From positions 1 through 56,956 of IMG/VR virus record IMGVR_UViG_3300022602_001935: a DNA stretch of 56,956 nt. One strand, written 5' to 3'. This stretch comes from a virus (Duplodnaviria > Caudoviricetes). Below, piece by piece: positions 10,501-21,320 of this stretch (within the stretch, counting starts at the first letter, position 1; the number at the start of each line of letters is the position of its first letter). Made by a program: the position numbers and the translations under genes. The notes beneath the pieces were generated by a model. The model had not been told where the DNA came from. It saw nothing but the letters and a program-made list of their open reading frames with translations, and made no database searches.

Positions 10501-10863
10501 GCAGAAAAATATATGCCAGATCGTGAGTACGAACCAGGTACTGTATTAGTGTTTGGCGGCGAACACGAAGTTACTATTGCTAACTCATATATGGATACAA
10601 GAATAGCAGGTGTTGTTTCTACAAATCCTGCGTATATGATGAACTCAGAACAAGACGGCGGAGTATATGTTGCACTACAAGGTCGTGTTCCATGTAAGGT
10701 AACAGGTAAAATACGAAAAGGTGATATGTTAGTTGCCGCAGGTGGATTAGGTGTAGCAACAGCCAGTGACAATCCTAAGATGGGATCTGTTATAGGTAAG
10801 GCTTTGGAAAACTATGACAGCCATGATATAGGTATCATAGAAGTTGTAGTAGGGAGAATCTAA
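4600..10863 (+). CDS. large virion structural protein (baseplate/tail fibre)
   Basis: N-terminus INIGSQPNDGTGDSIYTAFQKVNQNF resembles T4 gp9/gp10 N-termini; AATKNYVD fibre motifs; GSGY beta-repeats; C-terminal YADLAEKY...YEPGTV...VALQGRVPCKV domain typical of fibre C-terminal (peptidase G2/chaperone-like) domains. Confidence 0.8.
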   Translation: MATNQQLINIGSQPNDGTGDSIYTAFQKVNQNFTDIYNLLGFGSGFSFLKLKEAPYNYQGSIGSVGGAFLAWNKYGTRFENITLSASTGINIISTITDTGSHLLVISNIASSLKSDLSPTLAGDLDAQGSFNLINIYPGSPLADYDATSRRWVYDHFVSRSGYAITGTNNVSSSTIRENIELLQYPPTTSTHIVNKQYADTKIGLAGIDTIDEFTGMANSVFGTMTGALYLFRDPIEGDHPSQAATKNYVDSSSFISPVNYYVSLAGDDSQFSTPIHKRGRGPAYSFKTINRAAQAAEQFINSSQIILGPYKKTISYNNTINAATIGTIASSPILDATLFGVRITLLGVGAEGSDPYQNGSIFPGLYIIGDESEAVAKIEAITVDGSGNEIYDVVPVDYASSYNVPITPDSTNTVTTFTFMPSSLNEVQDFWIGYKFTVSNGSGSVLSYGYITAISEVVDASQNIINSITVDFSQGVKLTSTAQIDGDKWHVFAADFQTNEQLQFGQLEQRNQCCIFLESGDHEDQYPIRIADNVSVRGDEFRRSVVRPGVVQGTRKASLSSSKWANTYFYRDTQVDGIITTQINTATNYAPAGGFIIVDSLTNDPVTGGITVIMGDAVGNPLTVSSSLIGKVFVMGGGAIGQGVISSVNANSFTVIIAQNSNFNQQIENYTVGTPVAPGNWFVYQPINYGYHYLRDASRPINLLTTVTNWGGLNNAAQLIADNKAFIQDQTVGWIHNTYPTFGYNSSTCHRDVGYIIDALVHDMENGGNNWTINAGDQYNNVTSVKTTELTQTVASVNYINSLSQLIIQNITATSYTTASQQVFDLGLVAETTAPAVLQDLTQACARIINNDPAFNPSLYNDQLDVFLMNDSTMLRYMSGQGHGGFMKVLDPFGQIKAKSPYTQTASSFSKSYNRHVFSGGIYVDGFAGNLPVTPASVTNDTNGYPVKINITAHGGLGRPAISTSTTMLYARPETPCFFVQNGVTYEVDFISNFSPMNGTGTLNLNPRRAGGIASVLGITATGFKTGGTLTIPVRFSSPTQAGGLNSTGTATLNSSGQVTAINIGFPGSGYVNGSFSATNPNCPSVIIGGARLSWTFGLTGNVISYTIIDGGAGYAVGTQINFPQQGNGVAAAATVSSVDTNGAITGITINSGGSGYRTDPAVTFGASLAYTVTVNPGLITTTNYPLPSSLTLVTAGNRSMLANDYTQINDLGYGIFVTNGGFMENVSMFTYYCHSSYYALNGAQVRTITGSTAYGQYGIISEGSDPNEVPIAVRNKYATTQIGTVQSYGTYTNFTNAANIYVNGLSYPPLAQSQLEINHSGLWKTYNIKSALQDTANPGIYNLSIDDGSGNGLYTSVSQNTKVIIRQYYDQVLMDVNASTLSRPSTVLSYNEDPTYVYRILSYTDLGGDSALAESDTPYDYILLSPYVQNGLYRQGLGQISFTNTGSGYTHGSYVTAVIPAPPYASQTASVTSATTISLVSIGSATGPIHIGARVTLTSGGGDPGGQPTYVAWVNSSTTLVRLTNSVTLSNGTSLTFTNVQAAGYGVADNNGHISQLVLTEPGVGYDTTSPISITFASGTAAATAYVTGISGSKTIKVAELSSLNQSRISAGTVYTFGYNGDIYQITGYTKQSLTGNAWAEVAVQRYSDSAGLTAEVPNNTLKAGIVGNQVGGITVRISTIRATSHDMIDVGTGGYADSKIPNDLYGPPLNPPDASKEVIEIGKGRAYYVTTDQDGNFKVGNYFAVDQGRGTVSISAPISLTNVDGISFKRGQTLVQVFSVDGTMGQQSNNVVPTEAAIVTYVDSRLGLNKNNTQAGITPIGSGYLDLGGVRSMAADLNVNNYHVKNVASPVVSGDAANKSYTDTKLSRQGIYDSLGASAGTLTGPIKTNEVEPNTDNIYWLGTASVRYSEIHAVGIFADTIANSSITKTGTSGTGDIGQFDNTFGTVWATTFAGTSNQAKYADLAEKYMPDREYEPGTVLVFGGEHEVTIANSYMDTRIAGVVSTNPAYMMNSEQDGGVYVALQGRVPCKVTGKIRKGDMLVAAGGLGVATASDNPKMGSVIGKALENYDSHDIGIIEVVVGRI

Positions 10864-11486
10864 TGGCATTAGTTTATATCAACACAGGTTCATCGTCAAA
10901 CAAAGGAGATGGAGATACACTTCGAACAGCCTTTACTAAAATTAACGGAATGTTTGGAGAATTATATTCTTCTTTAGTTCCTCAAGTGGCTTCTCTTAAT
11001 ACAGCAGGTATTGTTAAACCAGGAATTGGTTTGGCAATAGGAATTGACGGTACATTAAATGTAACGGGTGAAGCATCTACATCAACATTGACTATATTAG
11101 ATAATCAAGGTGATCCTCGAGTTGACATTGTTTCGTTTGCCGGTACGGCAACTATAGCCAGCGATACAATAACTCCAACACCTTTGTTTACTTTCGACAA
11201 AACAAAATATCAAAATGCTAGTATAGATATTTTTGCTACAGATATTACAGCAGGCACTGAAGTTATGGGGAGTGGCTACACCGTATCATGGTATGGAGAA
11301 AGTGCTGTTGTTATAGGTCCCGGATTGATCAGTATGACAAATACAGGGTATACTGATAACGCTTCTTGGGATATAACTGATGCTACTGTTACAGCAACAT
11401 CTGTAACTTTATCAGCGTATAACATTACAACTTCAACGAGCCATACAATTGATTGGAAAGCCAAAGTAAGTTTATTTAGGATCTAA
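10863..11486 (+). CDS. baseplate/tail structural protein
   Basis: N-terminus INTGSSSNKGDGDTLRTAFTKIN (gp9/gp10-like), beta-rich. Confidence 0.7.
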   Translation: MALVYINTGSSSNKGDGDTLRTAFTKINGMFGELYSSLVPQVASLNTAGIVKPGIGLAIGIDGTLNVTGEASTSTLTILDNQGDPRVDIVSFAGTATIASDTITPTPLFTFDKTKYQNASIDIFATDITAGTEVMGSGYTVSWYGESAVVIGPGLISMTNTGYTDNASWDITDATVTATSVTLSAYNITTSTSHTIDWKAKVSLFRI

Positions 11487-11488
11487 AT

Positions 11489-14089
11489 ATGTCGGCTCCA
11501 AAATGGGTAACATATCAAAGTTTTTTAGGAACAATTACACAGCGCACACCTGTTAATATTCCTATTACCGCTACGGGCTCAGATACTAGATTTAGTTTAA
11601 TTGCTGGCAACTTTCCTCCTGGACTTCAAATAGATGTAACAACAACTGCTACATCGGCAACTACTACCGCATTTATATTTGGATTCGGGGAGGCTATTCC
11701 AACCAACACACCTAACAAGTTTGTAATCCGTGCCTCAAACAATGATGGTATAACAGACAAGACTTTTGAAATAGATGTTACAGGTGCTTTACCTCCACTT
11801 TGGTTTACTCCAGAAGGATACTTGCCTGTCGGAAGTAGTGGTGAATATTTTACCATCAACAATCAAATTGTTGACTATCAATTGATTGCTGAGCCTAATA
11901 CACTATTAGATAATATGAAAATGCGTTATTATATCCAAGACGGTGATGGAACATTACCACGGGGATTATCATTAACAGAAGACGGACGTATTGTTGGAAC
12001 AGTAAATGAATTAACAAAACAAGAATATGATTTTAATCAAACTTATGGTTATGACGGATTAAGGTATGACGGTTTTGGGTTTGACATCAACTCTCTTGTA
12101 AATGGTGTTGTTACTAAACCAAAATTCATGCCGGTAATTAACGAATTCTATGTTACAGCATCAGACGGATTTAATACAACAAAGCGTCTGTTTATGATAC
12201 ACATTGTTGATGCCAATAGTTTAAGAGGTGATACAACATATATTTCAGCAGATTCAGGATATTTTTTAAGTAATGACAGTTATCTATTCACACCCGATTG
12301 GCTCAATCCTGCTAATCTAGGCATTAGACGTGCGGCCGATTATCAAATTATTCCAATTAGTTTATATGATCCTACTCCAGATTTAGGGCCAGTTACTTGG
12401 GATTGGGCATCTATTACAGTTAATCCAGAAATACAATGTCGTGCTAGTTCAAGCATAGATCCAAACACCTATCTACAGACTTCTAATCTAGCAGGTCAAA
12501 ATATACTTACAATAAAAAATGTAAGCAGTTTACCTCAACTTGGGCAACAATTTAGATTTGATAGTTATATTCCGGGTACTAAATCTATAACATATAAAAT
12601 AATATCAGTAACAGGAAACACAGATTTATGCCAACTAGGGTTTGAACAATTAGGTACTAGCGATGTTACCTTGGCAGACGATATTCCAGATAATGCACTT
12701 TTTTACATCGGTAGTCCAAGTGTTCATCCTATTGGATTTAATTTAGATCCTAGTACAGGTAACTTATACGGACAAATACCTTACATTCCTGCATACAGTA
12801 CTTCATATAAGTTTACTATTAGAATGACCAGAACTAATAATACATACGGTGATGTTAGTAAACAAGACCGTGTGTTTAGTTTAACACTACAAGGAAGTGT
12901 TAATACAGATTTAGAATGGGTATCAACTTCAACTGTCGGAGTTATCAAAACAGGTTACCAAAGTGAATTATTTGTAAAAGCACAACATGCCAACGATACA
13001 GGTATGAAAATGTTTTACACATTACTTCCAACCAATCCCGATGGAACAGAAAGCAAACTACCTACAGGACTGATATTTAGGTCAGACGGAACAATTACAG
13101 GTAAAATTCCTTATCAAAATTCAATTACTACATTAGATGCCGCAAGTGCTAATTTTAATGAAGGCAATTTAGATTTTACAATTGACGGCGGTACAAGTAC
13201 TGTTGATAGAGATTACAAAATTACTATTCAAGCAACTGATGTACACGGATTAAATTCTATCACAACAACTACAACAATTGTTATAGGAGATAATAGTTTA
13301 ACTCCATTTAGCACTTTATATGTAAAGCCGTTTATGTATAGAGATAAGCGTAAAACTTATAGAAATTTTATCAATGATAGCAGTATTTTTAATTCTTCTC
13401 TGTTGTACAGACCAGAAGATCCTGCCTTTGGAATTCAATCTGAAATTAAATTAATCATTGAGCACGGATTAGAAACACTAAACCTAGCAGAATATGTTTT
13501 AGGTTTCCAACAATATTTTTATAACAAACGATTCTTTTTTGGTGATGTAAAAACATTACCCGCAAATGATGAATTTGGAAACTATGTCTATGATTTAGTT
13601 TATATAGATATTGTTGACAGCCAAATGATTGCAAATAATCGTAGTCCTGATACAATGCAGTTCTATATAAATCAAAATATTGCATCATATCAAATTGCAA
13701 GTATAGACAATTGGCAAACAGCATTAGAATCTATTCCTATTATGGGACGCACTATTATGGTAGATGAATACCTGCGTCCTAGATTCATGCGTACTTTACA
13801 AAAATCAACTGGCGCTCCTTTGGGATTTATTAAAGCAGTGCCGCTATGTTATGCTATTCCCGGAAAAGGATCTACTGTTGTTGAATTAGTCAACCTTAGT
13901 GGATTTGATTTTAAATTGTTAGACTTTGAAGTAGACCGTCTCATTATCACAAATACCATAGATTCTGCTGTCGATAAATACCTCAAGTTCCCAATTACAG
14001 ATGTAGACAACACTCGTCCAATCGATGTTATCGCTGGACCAGATGGTATTATTCTACAGACAGAAGACGGACAGGATCTATTTACATAA
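11489..14089 (+). CDS. virion structural protein with Ig/cadherin-like repeats
   Basis: Repeated LPxGL motifs ([30 protein letters not shown]) typical of Ig-like domains; located in the tail cluster. Confidence 0.7.
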   Translation: MSAPKWVTYQSFLGTITQRTPVNIPITATGSDTRFSLIAGNFPPGLQIDVTTTATSATTTAFIFGFGEAIPTNTPNKFVIRASNNDGITDKTFEIDVTGALPPLWFTPEGYLPVGSSGEYFTINNQIVDYQLIAEPNTLLDNMKMRYYIQDGDGTLPRGLSLTEDGRIVGTVNELTKQEYDFNQTYGYDGLRYDGFGFDINSLVNGVVTKPKFMPVINEFYVTASDGFNTTKRLFMIHIVDANSLRGDTTYISADSGYFLSNDSYLFTPDWLNPANLGIRRAADYQIIPISLYDPTPDLGPVTWDWASITVNPEIQCRASSSIDPNTYLQTSNLAGQNILTIKNVSSLPQLGQQFRFDSYIPGTKSITYKIISVTGNTDLCQLGFEQLGTSDVTLADDIPDNALFYIGSPSVHPIGFNLDPSTGNLYGQIPYIPAYSTSYKFTIRMTRTNNTYGDVSKQDRVFSLTLQGSVNTDLEWVSTSTVGVIKTGYQSELFVKAQHANDTGMKMFYTLLPTNPDGTESKLPTGLIFRSDGTITGKIPYQNSITTLDAASANFNEGNLDFTIDGGTSTVDRDYKITIQATDVHGLNSITTTTTIVIGDNSLTPFSTLYVKPFMYRDKRKTYRNFINDSSIFNSSLLYRPEDPAFGIQSEIKLIIEHGLETLNLAEYVLGFQQYFYNKRFFFGDVKTLPANDEFGNYVYDLVYIDIVDSQMIANNRSPDTMQFYINQNIASYQIASIDNWQTALESIPIMGRTIMVDEYLRPRFMRTLQKSTGAPLGFIKAVPLCYAIPGKGSTVVELVNLSGFDFKLLDFEVDRLIITNTIDSAVDKYLKFPITDVDNTRPIDVIAGPDGIILQTEDGQDLFT

Positions 14090-16188
14090 TGAGTACCATA
14101 AGCAATTTACCTCCATATACGGCATCAAGCACAGCAACTTTGTTAGTACCGGTCGCCGATATATCTGTACAACCTGCTAAAACATATTCAGTTACATTTG
14201 CTGACATGGCAAGTTATGTTGCTAACTCTGTGTTATCCGGAGGTACAGGTGCAACTGGTCCTGTTGGTTATACAGGATCAACTGGTCCTGTTGGTGCTAC
14301 AGGTGCTACAGGACCGATCGGATTAACAGGTAGTGGAGGAACTGGTGCTACAGGTGCTACTGGTGCAACTGGCCCACAAGGTGCTACAGGTGAACAAGGT
14401 ATTCCTGGTACTGCCGCGGCACAAGGCGGAACTGGAGCAACTGGTGCTACAGGACAACAAGGTGCTACAGGAAGTGGTGCTACAGGGGCTAGTGGTGCTA
14501 CAGGGGCTACTGGTTTCCAAGGATTTCAAGGAACAACCGGTGCTACTGGTCCACAAGGTCCACAAGGTATAAGTAACGTTCCCGGTGCTACCGGTGCTAC
14601 CGGTCCACAAGGTGCTACAGGTTTGCCAGGTACAGCAACAAATTTTGGTGGCACAGGTGCTACTGGTGCTACAGGTGCTACAGGACCTTTAGGCTCAACA
14701 GGTGCAACTGGATTCGGACTGCCGGGGTCTACTGGTGCAACTGGAGGGCCCGGCGCTACTGGCGCAGGTGCAACTGGTGCAACTGGTGCTACCGGCATAC
14801 AAGGTAATCAAGGAAATGCTGGTGCTACCGGTGCTACAGGTGCTGGTGCAACTGGAGCACAAGGTATTCAGGGACCTGTAGGTAATCAAGGGTCAACAGG
14901 TAACCAAGGAAGTACAGGTGCAACTGGGCCACAAGGACCACAAGGAGTTAGTAATGTTCCGGGTGCAACTGGTTCTACCGGCTTAACTGGTGCTACCGGT
15001 GCTGGAGCCACAGGTGCAACAGGTATAGGCAGTACTGGTGCAACAGGATCTACCGGTGCTACTGGACCACAAGGACAACAAGGCAATCCTGGTGCAACTG
15101 GTGCTACTGGTAGTCAAGGTGCTACAGGCCCTACAGGTAGTGGTGCTACTGGTGCTACAGGTGCTGACGGTGCTACAGGTGCTACCGGTGCTACTGGTCC
15201 ACAAGGTGCTACTGGACCATTGGGTGCTACCGGACCGTTAGGACCAATCGGTGCTACAGGTTCGGGAGGAACAGGTGCTACAGGTGCTGACGGTGCTACA
15301 GGTGCTACCGGAATAGTCGGACCTGCCGGTGCTACAGGTGCTACTGGTCCACAGGGTATTTCAGGTGTTGCCGCTATGCAGGGCGGAACTGGTGCTACTG
15401 GGTTAACTGGTTCTACAGGACCAATTGGTGCTACAGGTGCGTTAGGTGTATCCGGTGGATATATATTCTATCAAACTATACCAGCAAGTGTTTGGTATAT
15501 TCCACACAACCTAGGATATCAATATGTTCAAGTTGAACCTGTTGATGATAGCAATAATAGTTTTGTTGGTCGATATGATTATCCTATCATCAACTTTGTA
15601 GATAGTGATAATCTAACTTTAACATTTACTAGAGATGTTGGCGGATACGCAAACGTAAGTTCAGGAGGCGGACAACAAGGACCGCAAGGAGCAACAGGTG
15701 CTACAGGAAACGATGGTAGCACTGGTGCTACTGGATTAACTGGTCCAAGAGGAGCAACTGGAATAGACGGTGCTACAGGATCAACTGGTCCTCAAGGTGC
15801 TACTGGTGTTGGAGTTGGTCCAATTTCGCAATCAGGCTATGATGTACAATACCCAAACATAACATTAGATAATATTCGTGTTGCTATTGATAATGCAGGA
15901 AATCCTACAGTAGCGGCAGTTAGTGGATCTATATCAGCATCATTCTCGGGACAATTTACCCAATGGAACGGTTCTAATTTTACAGTTAATTTAATTGGTA
16001 GTACCGCAACAAGTTTTACATCTTTGTTTGGTGTAGGAATTGGAGCAACATTTGGTTATCCAGGAGAAACTGTTGTTATAAATTTAAATGATGATACAGA
16101 TCAGCATCTTTATGAGGTTCTATGGGCCGCAGGTAATAGCGGGCCTGCTACAGGGTACGGGTTCATACAAATACAACGATTAGTATAA
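14089..16188 (+). CDS. collagen-like (Gly-X-Y) fibre protein
   Basis: Long GAT/GST/GPQ triplet arrays flanked by globular ends. Confidence 0.85.
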   Translation: MSTISNLPPYTASSTATLLVPVADISVQPAKTYSVTFADMASYVANSVLSGGTGATGPVGYTGSTGPVGATGATGPIGLTGSGGTGATGATGATGPQGATGEQGIPGTAAAQGGTGATGATGQQGATGSGATGASGATGATGFQGFQGTTGATGPQGPQGISNVPGATGATGPQGATGLPGTATNFGGTGATGATGATGPLGSTGATGFGLPGSTGATGGPGATGAGATGATGATGIQGNQGNAGATGATGAGATGAQGIQGPVGNQGSTGNQGSTGATGPQGPQGVSNVPGATGSTGLTGATGAGATGATGIGSTGATGSTGATGPQGQQGNPGATGATGSQGATGPTGSGATGATGADGATGATGATGPQGATGPLGATGPLGPIGATGSGGTGATGADGATGATGIVGPAGATGATGPQGISGVAAMQGGTGATGLTGSTGPIGATGALGVSGGYIFYQTIPASVWYIPHNLGYQYVQVEPVDDSNNSFVGRYDYPIINFVDSDNLTLTFTRDVGGYANVSSGGGQQGPQGATGATGNDGSTGATGLTGPRGATGIDGATGSTGPQGATGVGVGPISQSGYDVQYPNITLDNIRVAIDNAGNPTVAAVSGSISASFSGQFTQWNGSNFTVNLIGSTATSFTSLFGVGIGATFGYPGETVVINLNDDTDQHLYEVLWAAGNSGPATGYGFIQIQRLV

Positions 16189-16208
16189 TTAATGGAATAA
16201 GAAATTAA

Positions 16209-19200
16209 ATGAGCGCAATAACAAACTTAACACCGCTAAACACCGTAACAGGTGGTATGCTCTTACCTATTGTTGATACTACAGTAGAACCTTATACCAC
16301 TAAACAGGTTAACATTGATAAAATAGGTCATTATGTTAATAACTCTTTATTGAGTACAATCATTCCTCCTGCTACAACAAGTACGCTTGGTGGTGTAATT
16401 GTCGGTCATGGATTAACTGTTACTACTAGTGGGGTATTAGTAGCAGTTAGTCAAGTTGTTACTACAACATGGGCAACATTGGCGCATGTTAACGATGATC
16501 AAGGTCCTTTACAGGTAAACATAGGAAAAGCCGCAGGAGTAACAGGACAAGGGACATATTCTATAGCAATTGGTGTAGGTGCAGGTAACATTAATCAAGG
16601 TATTACACAAGGTGCTCCTTATGGTAATGCAATTGCTATTGGAACTTTAGCCGGTGAAATTAACCAAGGTAATTCATCTGTTGCCATAGGTAATAATGCC
16701 GGAACAAATAATCAAGCAGTTGATTCTATTGCTATTGGATGTTTTGCAGGTAATACTGGCCAAAATACAATGTCTGTATCAATTGGTGTTAGTGCAGGAC
16801 AGTTTAATCAAGGGCGAGGAGCAATAGCATTAGGTAACAATGCTGGGCAAGGAGGGCAGGGTGCTAACTCAATTGCTATCGGCGCAAATGCTGGTGTTAC
16901 AGGTCAAGCCGCTAATTCTATTATATTAAATGCCACAGGAATTGTTCTTAACAATACATCAACATCAGGCCTATATGTAGCACCTATCAGATCAGTTGCA
17001 AGTGGTAATTTGATTTTATATTATAATTCAATTACTAACGAAGTAAGTTATGGAATAATTGATACGTCATTAATAGGTGCTACTGGTGCGGCTGGTGTAG
17101 ACGGAACAAATGGTGCCACAGGTGCTACTGGACTGTATATTACAACAGGTACCATTGTTAACGGTACAGACTTAGAACTAGTATTCAATAATGGTAATGT
17201 AGCAAATGTCGGGCGTGTTATTGGTCCGATTGGTCCACAAGGTGACCCAGGTACAACAGGTGCTACTGGTCTTACTGGAGGACCTGGCTCAACAGGTGCA
17301 ACTGGACCTCAAGGACCATCCGGTGTAGCAACTTATCAAGGCGGCACTGGTCCTGCTGGTGCTACCGGAGCAACTGGACCAAAAGGTGATCCAGGAGGAC
17401 CTATAGGAAGTACAGGTGCTACTGGTCCACAAGGTATACCAGGACGTGGGTACCAAGGTGCCAAAGGAGACATGGGAACAACAGGTGCAACTGGTGCTAC
17501 TGGAGCAACAGGACTACAAGGTGGTACTGGTTCTACCGGATATCAGGGATCTACAGGTGCTACAGGATATCAGGGATCTACAGGTGCTACTGGACAGGCA
17601 GGTACAAATGGTAGTACAGGTCCAATTGGATTAACTGGTGCTACTGGGTATCCCGGTAGTACAGGTGCTACAGGGCAGGCAGGTATAGATGGTAGTACAG
17701 GTCCAATTGGATTGACCGGTGCTACAGGTAATAATGGAGCGACTGGTGCTACTGGATATCAGGGAACAACAGGTGCTACTGGACCACAAGGTATAAATTT
17801 AACCCTGATAGGAAGCACAGATACTGTTACAACTTCTACCGTAGGATACGGTTCTGCTGGTCAAGGTTGGTACAGCACTATAACAAATCATGTTTATTTT
17901 TGGAACACACTAACTCAATCGTGGAATGACATTGGTGCTATCATGGGGCCACAAGGCGGACCTGGATCTCAAGGTGCTACAGGTAATGACGGCGGCACTG
18001 GTGCTACAGGTTATCAGGGATCTACAGGTGCTACTGGATATCAAGGAACGACAGGTGCTACAGGTAATGACGGAGCAACTGGTGCTACAGGTTATCAGGG
18101 ATCTACAGGTGCTACTGGATATCAAGGAACGACAGGTGCTACAGGTAATGACGGAGCAATTGGATCAACTGGTCTAACAGGTGCGACAGGTGTAGTCGGT
18201 CCGAGAGGTGCTACAGGTAGTGGATCAACAGGTGCTACTGGATTAGGTGCTACTGGTGCTACTGGTGCGCCAGGACCGATTGGTGCTACTGGTAGTGCAG
18301 GTCCACAAGGTACTCCGGGAACAAATGGATCGGCAGGTCCACAAGGTGATTTAGGTGCTACTGGTGCTACTGGTCCGCAAGGTGATCCTGGAGGTGCTAC
18401 TGGTAATGATGGTGCTACAGGTGCTACAGGTTTAACAGGTTCTCCCGGAATTAATGGTGCCACTGGTGCCACTGGTCCTGCGGGATCAGGTGCAACAGGT
18501 GCAACAGGTGTTTGGGGTAGTTCGGGAGCAACAGGTGCTACAGGACAAACAGGTGCTACAGGAGCACAAGGGTTATCCGGTGTCAAAGGAACTACAGGAG
18601 CACAAGGGTCAACCGGTGCTACTGGACAAACAGGCGCCACCGGTGTAAGTAATGTTCCTGGCGCAACAGGTGCAACTGGACCGGCAGGGGCCACTGGCTT
18701 GCCAGGTGCATTTGCCGCAATGGGATCAACAGGTGCAACTGGTGTTCCGGGTGCTACTGGTCAAACAGGACCTGCTGGTGCTACAGGTGCTGGTGCAACT
18801 GGAGCAAGTGGTTATATAGGTCGAGATGGTGCAACAGGAGCGACTGGTGCAGGTGCAACAGGTGCAACTGGATTTGGTGCTACTGGTGCTACTGGTGCTA
18901 CCGGTCCACAAGGTGCTACCGGTAGTGGATCAACAGGTGCTACAGGAATAGGTGCTAGCGGTGCAACAGGTGCCACTGGACCACAAGGTGCTACTGGTAG
19001 TGGATCAACAGGTGCAACTGGTCCTATCGGTTCACAAGGTAGTACAGGTGCTACTGGACAACAGGGAGCAACTGGTGCAGGTGCTACAGGCGCACAAGGT
19101 CCTATAGGATTTACAGGTGCGTCAGGATCAATCGGATTTACAGGAGGAACTGGTGCTACTGGTGCAGGTGCTACGGGTGCTACGGGTGCCCAAGGTGCTA

Positions 19201-19736
19201 CTGGACCACAAGGAGCAACTGGTATAGGATTAGTAGGAGCATCTGGGTCAACGGGTGCTACCGGACCAAGCGGGTCAACAGGAGCGACAGGACCTCAGGG
19301 GCCTGCTGGTACTGCCGCGGCACAAGGCGGAACCGGAGCAACTGGTCCTGCTGGCGCAACTGGACCACAGGGTGCAACAGGTAGTGGTGCAACAGGCGCC
19401 ACTGGTGCTCAAGGTGCAACAGGATCTACAGGTACTGTTACTATTGTAGGAAATACATATACTGTACAAACATTAGTAGTAAACACACTAACTGTAGGAA
19501 CACTAGGTTTAGGTTCAATTGTTTCAGGAAACGATCTAGCACTTAAAGCCGCAGGACAAATTACAACCAATGCACCATTTGTTTTAAACACAGCAACAAC
19601 AAGTACTCTGGCAACTATTGCAGGTATTACACAACGTGGTGCTATGGTATTTGCATTAGATGCTGTAGGTGTTGCTCAACCTGTTTATTATGATGGCACA
19701 TATTGGTGGACGATGAATAGAACAAGGATCTATTAA
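16209..19736 (+). CDS. collagen-like fibre protein with YadA-head-like repeats
   Basis: About 14-aa SIAIG/AIAIG repeats in the N-terminal region, then extensive Gly-X-Y arrays; N-terminus similar to the 14089 protein. Confidence 0.85.
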   Translation: MSAITNLTPLNTVTGGMLLPIVDTTVEPYTTKQVNIDKIGHYVNNSLLSTIIPPATTSTLGGVIVGHGLTVTTSGVLVAVSQVVTTTWATLAHVNDDQGPLQVNIGKAAGVTGQGTYSIAIGVGAGNINQGITQGAPYGNAIAIGTLAGEINQGNSSVAIGNNAGTNNQAVDSIAIGCFAGNTGQNTMSVSIGVSAGQFNQGRGAIALGNNAGQGGQGANSIAIGANAGVTGQAANSIILNATGIVLNNTSTSGLYVAPIRSVASGNLILYYNSITNEVSYGIIDTSLIGATGAAGVDGTNGATGATGLYITTGTIVNGTDLELVFNNGNVANVGRVIGPIGPQGDPGTTGATGLTGGPGSTGATGPQGPSGVATYQGGTGPAGATGATGPKGDPGGPIGSTGATGPQGIPGRGYQGAKGDMGTTGATGATGATGLQGGTGSTGYQGSTGATGYQGSTGATGQAGTNGSTGPIGLTGATGYPGSTGATGQAGIDGSTGPIGLTGATGNNGATGATGYQGTTGATGPQGINLTLIGSTDTVTTSTVGYGSAGQGWYSTITNHVYFWNTLTQSWNDIGAIMGPQGGPGSQGATGNDGGTGATGYQGSTGATGYQGTTGATGNDGATGATGYQGSTGATGYQGTTGATGNDGAIGSTGLTGATGVVGPRGATGSGSTGATGLGATGATGAPGPIGATGSAGPQGTPGTNGSAGPQGDLGATGATGPQGDPGGATGNDGATGATGLTGSPGINGATGATGPAGSGATGATGVWGSSGATGATGQTGATGAQGLSGVKGTTGAQGSTGATGQTGATGVSNVPGATGATGPAGATGLPGAFAAMGSTGATGVPGATGQTGPAGATGAGATGASGYIGRDGATGATGAGATGATGFGATGATGATGPQGATGSGSTGATGIGASGATGATGPQGATGSGSTGATGPIGSQGSTGATGQQGATGAGATGAQGPIGFTGASGSIGFTGGTGATGAGATGATGAQGATGPQGATGIGLVGASGSTGATGPSGSTGATGPQGPAGTAAAQGGTGATGPAGATGPQGATGSGATGATGAQGATGSTGTVTIVGNTYTVQTLVVNTLTVGTLGLGSIVSGNDLALKAAGQITTNAPFVLNTATTSTLATIAGITQRGAMVFALDAVGVAQPVYYDGTYWWTMNRTRIY
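17973..18159 (+). repeat. 81-nt tandem repeat (about 2.3 copies) within collagen gene
   Basis: Units start at 17973, 18054 and 18135 (ggtgctacaggtaatgacgg...), nearly identical. Confidence 0.85.
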
Positions 19737-21310
19737 TGCGTAAGTATTTTGTAGTTGCTAGTCATCCTGATCATAAACAAAATCTACATGACGAGTTAGT
19801 AGCACCAACAGGAAGTGCTACTGTTCCCTATAGGTCAGTTGATATTATCGATCCAATGCCCGGTAGCGAATACAATGGTACTTTTTACCTAACAGATCAA
19901 GAAGCACAAACTCTTAAAGAAGATCCAAGGGTTAGAGATGTGTGCCTTAGTGCAGAAGAACAAGGATTGATAAAAACTGTAACAAAAATTCGTCCAGGAC
20001 TATTTGACAAGGCAGTTACTGCAACAACTTCATCACACAACTGGGGATTAATTAGATGCATTAATACTAATAGTGATGTATCTTTTAATCAAGGTTACGG
20101 CAGTACTACTACAAATTACACTTATAATTTAGACGGTACAGGCGTAGATATTATTTTTATTGATACAGGAATTGAACCTGGTCATCCAGAATTTGCTGTT
20201 AACCCAGACGGTACAGGCGGATCAAGAGTAGTTAATATTGACTGGACTCAATTTGGTTATATTACCTCAGCGCCAACTGGCGGATTTATGGGAGATTGGG
20301 ACGGGCATGGTTCTAATGTTGCCAGTATTGCCGCAGGTAACACACAAGGTTGGGCACCCGGAGCGGCTATCTATAGTTTTAGATGTATCGGAAGTGATAA
20401 CGGAAGCGTTACTAGTATCTATAGTGGGGCTACATTGGGAGCAGTTGATAACTTACAAGCATGGCAAACTATTAGAGCATTTCATTTATCTAAATCTGTT
20501 ACATCAACAGGATATCGCAGACCTACAATAGTTTCATGTAGTTATGGATATCTTCAAGCATACACAAGATTAACTAATATCAACTATAGAGGAACAAATC
20601 ATCCTGTTACAACTACAACTGTTGCCTATGGTACTATTGGGGTTCCGGAAGGTGGTGCAGGATATTGTAATCAATTTTACTCTCCCGAAGATGCAGATAT
20701 ACAAAGTTGTATAAATGCCGGAGTTATAGTTGTCGGTGCTGCCGGGAATTATAGTCATAAAATAGATGTACCAGGTGGATTAGACTACAATAACTATTGG
20801 ACAGAATATACAGGGTTTAATTATTACTACCATAGAGGTGGAACTCCTGGATCTACACCCGGAGTAATATGCGTGGGATGTATAGGAGCATATACAGTAG
20901 ATACAGCAGGTACAGGAGAAGAACACAAACGACAATTTAGTGAAACTGGACCAAGAGTTAATATTTGGTCGCCTGGGGATTATATTATGGGTGCGTATGC
21001 TAATAAAGTATATGCTGGATCTGCTGTAGTTGATTACAGAGCATCGGGTTATTATCTAAATAAAATATCAGGTACCAGTCAAGCAACTCCTCAAGTAGCG
21101 GGAGTATTGGCATTAGTCTGTGAAGTTAGACCTTGGTTTACAGCCACAAATGCTCTTAACTTTATACAGGCTACTGCTTCTACATGGAATCCAAATCAAA
21201 ATTATTATTCAGCGGCTAGTGATTATAGCAATTTAGGATTATTACAAGGTGCTCCTTCTAAAGTATTATACAATCCTTTTAATTCTGCGACACCCCTAAA
21301 GATCGACTAA
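19736..21310 (+). CDS. subtilisin-like S8 serine protease
   Basis: Catalytic motifs IDTG, HGSNVASIAAG, AAGN, SGTSQATPQVAG; N-terminal prodomain-like segment. Confidence 0.9.
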   Translation: MRKYFVVASHPDHKQNLHDELVAPTGSATVPYRSVDIIDPMPGSEYNGTFYLTDQEAQTLKEDPRVRDVCLSAEEQGLIKTVTKIRPGLFDKAVTATTSSHNWGLIRCINTNSDVSFNQGYGSTTTNYTYNLDGTGVDIIFIDTGIEPGHPEFAVNPDGTGGSRVVNIDWTQFGYITSAPTGGFMGDWDGHGSNVASIAAGNTQGWAPGAAIYSFRCIGSDNGSVTSIYSGATLGAVDNLQAWQTIRAFHLSKSVTSTGYRRPTIVSCSYGYLQAYTRLTNINYRGTNHPVTTTTVAYGTIGVPEGGAGYCNQFYSPEDADIQSCINAGVIVVGAAGNYSHKIDVPGGLDYNNYWTEYTGFNYYYHRGGTPGSTPGVICVGCIGAYTVDTAGTGEEHKRQFSETGPRVNIWSPGDYIMGAYANKVYAGSAVVDYRASGYYLNKISGTSQATPQVAGVLALVCEVRPWFTATNALNFIQATASTWNPNQNYYSAASDYSNLGLLQGAPSKVLYNPFNSATPLKID

Positions 21311-21320
21311 TAAATACCAT

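Noticed and set aside
14323-19591. Many alternative-frame and antisense ORFs ([19 protein letters not shown] types)
   Set aside because: Shadows of the Gly-X-Y codon periodicity; no SD or independent coding signal.
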